A stretch of DNA of 63,736 nt, filler included, from Diploschistes diacapsis (Eukaryota), in the NCBI GenBank assembly GCA_023645945.1. It is 8 parts of 8 records of this genome, joined end to end, with 100 filler letters (N's around TTAATTAATTAA, not from the genome) between each part and the next. Parts side by side here need not be neighbours in the genome. Positions count along the whole stretch, not along the records: positions 55,894 to 63,736 come from JALAIB010001232.1; 7 more parts are not named here. One strand, written 5' to 3'. Below are positions 63,707-63,736 of the stretch, one piece after another. The translations under genes were made by a program, and so were the position numbers. Each line of letters starts with the position of its first letter. Position 1 is the stretch's first letter. The notes below the pieces were generated by a model, which saw nothing but the letters and a program-made list of their open reading frames with translations, had not been told where the DNA came from and did not search any database.

Positions 63707-63736
63707 GAGTTAATTATATATAAACACGGTTTTACC

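Noticed and set aside
47929..63736. One large cluster joining the P450-GST-MFS block with the P4H-SET pair
   Set aside because: The blocks are separated by an artificial spacer and contigs are ordered by length, so no linkage can be inferred

Overview
Filamentous ascomycete (Pezizomycotina) genomic DNA. The window is not one locus: it is eight unrelated ~7.8-7.9 kb contigs, ordered by decreasing length and joined by 100-bp N/TTAATTAATTAA/N spacers, so gene neighbourhood is meaningful only within a contig. Intact intron-containing housekeeping genes are CDC23, RVS161 (partial), PEX8, CDC25/nimT, SLD5, MNR2, a CRH-type GH16, VAM7, the ADP/ATP carrier and KRI1. There are also secreted proteins (PhiA-like protein, very acidic A1 aspartic protease). 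The accessory content is mostly decaying: a patatin-NACHT-ankyrin NLR pseudogene, a PD-(D/E)xK-type nuclease gene beside an inactivated AAA+ ATPase, a nitroreductase pseudogene, and a P450/GST/MFS/hydrolase/methyltransferase cluster remnant hit by a Tc1 insertion and RIP-like mutation. A convergent pair of secretory-pathway modification enzymes (prolyl-4-hydroxylase-like and signal-peptide SET methyltransferase) is the best candidate for an undescribed system. Mobile DNA includes two RIP-mutated Tc1 copies, a pogo/Fot1 derivative, a MITE-like element and a short non-coding copia-type LTR element. All family calls come from motif recognition by eye; no database search was run.
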